A DNA stretch of 31,761 nucleotides from the NCBI GenBank assembly GCA_002937495.1, contig PTJW01000001.1, forward strand, positions 1 through 31,761, written 5' to 3'. The notes beneath the pieces were generated by a model. The model did no database searches, was not told the origin of the DNA, and saw only the letters and a list, made by a program, of their open reading frames with translations. Both the position numbers and the translations under genes were made by a program. The stretch's first letter is position 1. Every line of letters starts with the position of its first letter. Below are positions 27,148 through 31,761 of this stretch, one piece after another. The DNA is from Pseudomonadota bacterium (lineage in GTDB: Bacteria; Pseudomonadota; Alphaproteobacteria; UBA1280; UBA12223).

Positions 27148-28815
27148 ATGAAAAACATTAGTAAATTAGAAACATTAAACAATTATTTATATACACGAAA
27201 GCACTTTTCGTGTAATCAAATTGTCGGCTACGCATCTAACTATTTCTCAAAACTTTATTACAATACTCCAATTTATGACTTTATCGAGTATGATGATTAT
27301 GTTCCGAGTAACTTAAATATTACTCCTAAAAACTGCTTAGCTGGTGATGCTTTAATTGGTAAACAAATTGCTAATGGAACAATTACATTATGTGGCCAAA
27401 CATTAGATATTGGCAATAACATTAACTGGAGAAGCCCTTTAGTTGACGTTAACTTTTTAAAGAAATTACACGAATTTGGTTATTTAAACGATTTAGAAGC
27501 AGTAAGCCGTAACCAAGGTCGTCCAACAGCAATTAGAATGATTAGATCATGGATGGATGAAGAAGCATTTGTTGATTCTAACTTTTGGCACTCTACAGTT
27601 TTAAGCAAAAGGCTTGTTAACTTAATTACACATGCTAACTGGTTATTTAAAGAGTGTGACTCTAGCTTTAAAAAAGATTTAATGGCTGTTATTTTAAAAC
27701 AATCTAAGCATTTATCAAAAACTATTCCTTGGCACAAATCAGGTTATGATGTAATCACAAGTATTAAAGGTATTATTTATGCTGGTTTAGCATTACCTCA
27801 AAACCAAAGTGCATTTTTAGAAGGATTAGATGTTTTAAAAGAAGAGCTAAATAAACAAATTTTAGAAGACTCTACTCATATTCAAAAAAATCCAAGTTTA
27901 CAATTTAACTTACTTAAAGATTTGGTGGAAATTCAGGCAACAATGCAAATTGCTAACCAGCAAGTACCTGCTATTATTAGCCAAACTATTTCATCAATGG
28001 CTGAAAGTTTAGCATTCTTTAGACACTCTGATGGTTCGTTAGCAATGTTCAACTCATCATTTATTGGTGATAGCGATAAAATTAGTGAACTATTAAAACT
28101 TTGTAACCAAAGTTTTCAAACAGACTTTTTACCAAGAGCTGGCTTTAGAAAACTATCAAGAAGTGATACAAGCTTAATTATTGACTGTGGTGAATTTACT
28201 GTTGCAAATATTTTAAACTCATCAACTGCTAGCACATTAGGTTTTGAACTATCGTATAAAGGTTCAAGAATTTTTGTAAACAGTGGTACATTTAAAGATG
28301 CTAAAAATGATTATAGAAGAACATGTAACTTTAACGCTGTTGAAGTTGATGGATACTCTAGTTCATCAATGCTAAAAGGTGGTTTAACTGGTAAACATGT
28401 TGAAAAAGTTGAAAGTTTCTTCCAAGAAGAAAAAACTTTAGGTATTGGCTTTGAGGGTTCATTCTACGGATTTAAAAATAACAAAGTAAAACATACTAGA
28501 AGAGTATTTTTAGCTGAAAATGGCGATGAAATTAGAGGTGAAGATGCAATTATTAATGCAGAAAATGATGTTAAGTCATTCTTCCATATTAACCCAAGAT
28601 ATGATGTAAGAATTTTAGACTCTTACAATGCTGAAATTTTATTAGATGATAAAAAAGTTGCTGAACTAAAAACTGCAGGAGGCATTTTAAGAAAGCAACA
28701 AACTACTATATGTGAAAAACTAGGTGAATTAAGGAAAAAGAACACTTTAGTTTTATCATGTAAAGTTAACAAAAAGGAAACTGTGTTAAGATGGGCAATA
28801 AGTTTTGTGGATTAA
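27148..28815 (+). CDS. Heparinase II/III-like protein (alphaproteobacterial conserved family), divergent
   Basis: LHEFGYLNDL, W...VLSKRLVNLI, LEDSTHIQKNPS, FFRHSDGSLAMFN, LIIDCG, LGFELS...RIFVNSG, HTRRVFL, FFHINP. Confidence 0.75.
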   Translation: MKNISKLETLNNYLYTRKHFSCNQIVGYASNYFSKLYYNTPIYDFIEYDDYVPSNLNITPKNCLAGDALIGKQIANGTITLCGQTLDIGNNINWRSPLVDVNFLKKLHEFGYLNDLEAVSRNQGRPTAIRMIRSWMDEEAFVDSNFWHSTVLSKRLVNLITHANWLFKECDSSFKKDLMAVILKQSKHLSKTIPWHKSGYDVITSIKGIIYAGLALPQNQSAFLEGLDVLKEELNKQILEDSTHIQKNPSLQFNLLKDLVEIQATMQIANQQVPAIISQTISSMAESLAFFRHSDGSLAMFNSSFIGDSDKISELLKLCNQSFQTDFLPRAGFRKLSRSDTSLIIDCGEFTVANILNSSTASTLGFELSYKGSRIFVNSGTFKDAKNDYRRTCNFNAVEVDGYSSSSMLKGGLTGKHVEKVESFFQEEKTLGIGFEGSFYGFKNNKVKHTRRVFLAENGDEIRGEDAIINAENDVKSFFHINPRYDVRILDSYNAEILLDDKKVAELKTAGGILRKQQTTICEKLGELRKKNTLVLSCKVNKKETVLRWAISFVD

Positions 28816-29879
28816 AAAATAAAGTTAAAAACTTTATTGAAAAAAAAGGTTTAGATGTAAAAGCTAAAAAAGCTGTAGAATCTACTATTGCACAAGGTAA
28901 AAAAATTAAAGAAAACGGTTTTACATTAAAACAAACTGTTATTATTTCATCTATTTTAGTGCTTTGTTTAGTTATTGTTTTATGGCCTACTAGCAGGGTA
29001 GAATCTCCTTTACAAGCAGTTAGCAAGCTAGAGCAAGCAGTTTTACAAGGCAATAAAGATGAAGTAGTTAAGTTTATGCAAGTTAGAACTATTGCTAAGC
29101 AAGTATCTACATCTATTTTAAAGCAAATGAACAACCAAAAAGTAACAGCTGATTTATTAAGCTACATGCATGCAGAGCTTGAAAATAAAGCAATTAACGA
29201 CTTTTACAGAATTGTTGAAAACAAAGGTAGCTTTTATAAAAACCTTGAAAGACCTGATGCTATTATTAGTAAAACTCTAAACTTTTTAGTAGATAAATCA
29301 GGTGAAGTTTTATCAAGAAAAGTTATCTCTCAGGATGAAACAACAGCTCTTATTCGTTTAACAGTATTTAGACCAGACTTAGATGTTGAAATTCCGGTTG
29401 ATTTAGAATTTAACTATAAAGAGCCTAACTGGATATTAGCAAAAATTGCTAACCTAGATGCCCTACTGGCTCAACTAGAAGAAGTTGAACAAACTAGAAT
29501 TAACAAACTAAACGCACAAATTAGAGAAAACTTTAATAATGTGTTAGTATTAAAAGAATTCCAAAAGTCTCAACTAAATGTTAAAGAAAACTCATTCTTA
29601 ATGCGTCTATCTTTAGAAAATATCTCTAAAGAAAACATTAAAGAAGTTGAAGGTACTTTAAAATTAATTTACTTAAACCAATTAATTGGTACAGTTGATA
29701 TTAAAATTCCAGAAACTATTTATGCTCAAAACTTTTATGAAAAAGCTTGGAGTATTAAGTTAAATGACTATAAATCTTTACAGCGTTTAGCGCAGGCTAA
29801 ATCTGAAAATATTAGAGCAGTTTTAGACATTGAAAAAATAGTTTTTGAAAAAGGCAATGTTATTAAGCTATTAAAATAA
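28791..29879 (+). CDS. Single-TM membrane-anchored protein, possibly DUF2939-like
   Basis: Lys-rich N-terminus, TM (VIISSILVLCLVIVLWP), then SP...L..AV..G....V...  segment; overlaps the heparinase-like gene end. Confidence 0.55.
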   Translation: MGNKFCGLKNKVKNFIEKKGLDVKAKKAVESTIAQGKKIKENGFTLKQTVIISSILVLCLVIVLWPTSRVESPLQAVSKLEQAVLQGNKDEVVKFMQVRTIAKQVSTSILKQMNNQKVTADLLSYMHAELENKAINDFYRIVENKGSFYKNLERPDAIISKTLNFLVDKSGEVLSRKVISQDETTALIRLTVFRPDLDVEIPVDLEFNYKEPNWILAKIANLDALLAQLEEVEQTRINKLNAQIRENFNNVLVLKEFQKSQLNVKENSFLMRLSLENISKENIKEVEGTLKLIYLNQLIGTVDIKIPETIYAQNFYEKAWSIKLNDYKSLQRLAQAKSENIRAVLDIEKIVFEKGNVIKLLK

Positions 29880-29925
29880 AACTTAAATTTTTAATCTAAG
29901 CAAAATAAAAAAAAGAGGATTAATC

Positions 29926-31188
29926 ATGAAAATTTGGGTGGTAACACAATACTTTAAACCAGAGTACGGGTCTGTACAGTCTCGTATTTTCGGATTTGCT
30001 AAAATCTGGCAAAAAGATGGACATGATGTAACAATTTTTACAGCAACTCCACACCACAGACCACAAAATAATGTAAAAAGCTCTGCATACAGAAAAGCTC
30101 CTACTATTTTTAAAGAAAAATACGAAGGCTTAGATGTATACAGACATAAAACAAGACAAATCCAAAACAGAAAATTTGGCTCTAAGTTTAGAAGCCAATA
30201 CTCTTTTGCATGGAAAATGTTTTTACACTACTTTAAAGCAGAACATCAAACAAACAGACCTGATGTAGTTATTGCTACTTCTCCGTCATTACCATGCTGC
30301 TTAAGTGCATACTTTGTTGCAAGAAAGCTTGGTGCTAAGTTTGTATTTGAAGTAAGAAACTTAATGCCTGACACTCACATTTCATCAAGAACTATTAAGC
30401 GTGATGGATTATATGCAAAACTATTAACTTATATTTCAAACTATCTATATAAAAATGCTGATGCTGTTACAGTATTAAGCGTAAGTATGGCTAAGGCATT
30501 ATTCTACAGAGGCGTACCTAAAGATAAAATCTTTTTAGTTCATGATGGTATCCCTGATGACTTTTTAGATAATGCAGATAGAACTAAACACTCATTAAAA
30601 GCTACATCTATTAGAAACAGCCTGCAAATCCACCCTATGACAAAAATTGTTATGTTTTTAGGTGTGCATTCATCAAAGCAAGGTTTAGGTCAAATTTTAG
30701 AATCTGCTAAAATGTTATTAAGCAGAAACGATGTTATCTTTTTAATGGTTGGCGATGGTGAAGATAAACCAAGGCTAATGAATATGGCTAAAGGTATGCC
30801 AAATATTAAGTTTTTACCTTCAGTAGAAGATGATGAAGTATTTGGTTATTATGCATGTGCTGATATTTTATTAGTACCACACCGTGATGCTACAGATATT
30901 AGCTTACACATCCCTATTAAAGTATTTGAAATTTTAGCTACTAGAACTCCATCTATTGCTTGTGTAAGTGGTGAAGCCAAGTCATTATTAGAAACTGCTG
31001 AAGCTGCTACAGTTGTTGAGCCAGAAAAACCTCAAGAGCTTGCTTCTGCAATTGTTAAAACATTTGAAAACTATGAAACTGCAAAACTTAAAGCGCATAA
31101 AGGCCCTGAGTTTGTAGCTTCTAAATTTAGACAAAGTACTTTAGCAAGACAATACATTGCTATTGCTAACAAGCTAACAAAATCTTAA
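29926..31188 (+). CDS. Glycosyltransferase family 4, WbuB-like
   Basis: VVTQYFKPEYG, GHDVTIFT, DVVIATSPS, FVFEVRNLMP, ADAVTVLS, VGDGEDK, PIKVFEILA; GAGGA SD. Confidence 0.9.
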   Translation: MKIWVVTQYFKPEYGSVQSRIFGFAKIWQKDGHDVTIFTATPHHRPQNNVKSSAYRKAPTIFKEKYEGLDVYRHKTRQIQNRKFGSKFRSQYSFAWKMFLHYFKAEHQTNRPDVVIATSPSLPCCLSAYFVARKLGAKFVFEVRNLMPDTHISSRTIKRDGLYAKLLTYISNYLYKNADAVTVLSVSMAKALFYRGVPKDKIFLVHDGIPDDFLDNADRTKHSLKATSIRNSLQIHPMTKIVMFLGVHSSKQGLGQILESAKMLLSRNDVIFLMVGDGEDKPRLMNMAKGMPNIKFLPSVEDDEVFGYYACADILLVPHRDATDISLHIPIKVFEILATRTPSIACVSGEAKSLLETAEAATVVEPEKPQELASAIVKTFENYETAKLKAHKGPEFVASKFRQSTLARQYIAIANKLTKS

Positions 31189-31207
31189 GACGAAAGGTTA
31201 ATTAACT

Positions 31208-31761
31208 ATGGGAATTTTTATTGCTATTCCGTTTATTCTAAGTTCATTTTTTGTAGGACTAGTTGCTAAAAAATCTCCTAAGCCTGAATCTTTAAATAGA
31301 TATTTATTTGTTTCATTATCATTAGCAGTTTGTGTAATATCTTTAGTTACATCTTCATTTACTTTAATGCAGGCTAGCTTTATTTTTGCACTTGCTGCTT
31401 TTTACTTTGCTACAATGTTTGAAAATAAGTATGTTAAGTACTTATTAGATTCATTAGCTATTTTAATTGCTACTGCATATGCTTATATTGCAGGCGTTGA
31501 TATTACTTATTTAATAATAGTTTTAGCTTTATTAAACTTTGTGCATATTTTTGCTAAACAAAACTTAACAAGCATTTCTGTTGTTTCTATACAGTTTGCT
31601 CCTATTGCATTAGTTGGACTATACTTAGCACAAGAAAATGTTTTATTTGCTTTAACAATGATGACATTTTTAGGATCTATAAGGTTTTTCATCGAAGCTA
31701 AAACAAAACAAACAACAATGATGTTTGTTAATAGCTATATTTTAATTTTATTCTTTTTACT
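31208..31761 (+). CDS. Polytopic membrane protein, truncated at the window end (absent from the ORF track)
   Basis: Open frame from ATG 31208 to the window end (184 codons: MGIFIAIPFILSSFFVGLVAKK...), about six hydrophobic segments, AAAGG SD. Confidence 0.75.
   Translation, partial: MGIFIAIPFILSSFFVGLVAKKSPKPESLNRYLFVSLSLAVCVISLVTSSFTLMQASFIFALAAFYFATMFENKYVKYLLDSLAILIATAYAYIAGVDITYLIIVLALLNFVHIFAKQNLTSISVVSIQFAPIALVGLYLAQENVLFALTMMTFLGSIRFFIEAKTKQTTMMFVNSYILILFFL

Overview
Very AT-rich chromosomal core region of what is almost certainly an alphaproteobacterium: RpsD and ObgE carry alpha-type signatures, and rsmB/rpe, heparinase II/III-like and DUF2125-like genes are typical of the class. 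I see no mobile element, prophage or CRISPR. Contents in order: tRNA-Ser 3' end; a deletion-decayed GT4 pseudogene in tandem with its intact paralog; lysA; GST; an M48/YgjP-type protein divergent from RNase P RNA (rnpB); a minus-strand operon (fumC, DUF2125-like, amidase, half-size periplasmic binding protein, His-less sensor kinase); an orphan Zn-finger-like gene; yebC; rsmJ; a globin-coupled chemoreceptor; rpsD with a structured 5' leader; four tandem sCache_2 chemoreceptors; rpe; rsmB; lolA; two stand-alone orphans; obgE; and a surface-polysaccharide-type cluster running off the right end. The best candidates for undescribed biology are (1) a pseudo-histidine-kinase overlapping a periplasmic binding protein that appears to have lost one whole lobe, (2) a candidate pseudoknotted rpsD leader, and (3) a chemoreceptor array with diversified ligand pockets, shortened signalling domains and a shared promoter motif. 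All family calls come from motif recognition by eye; no database search was run.
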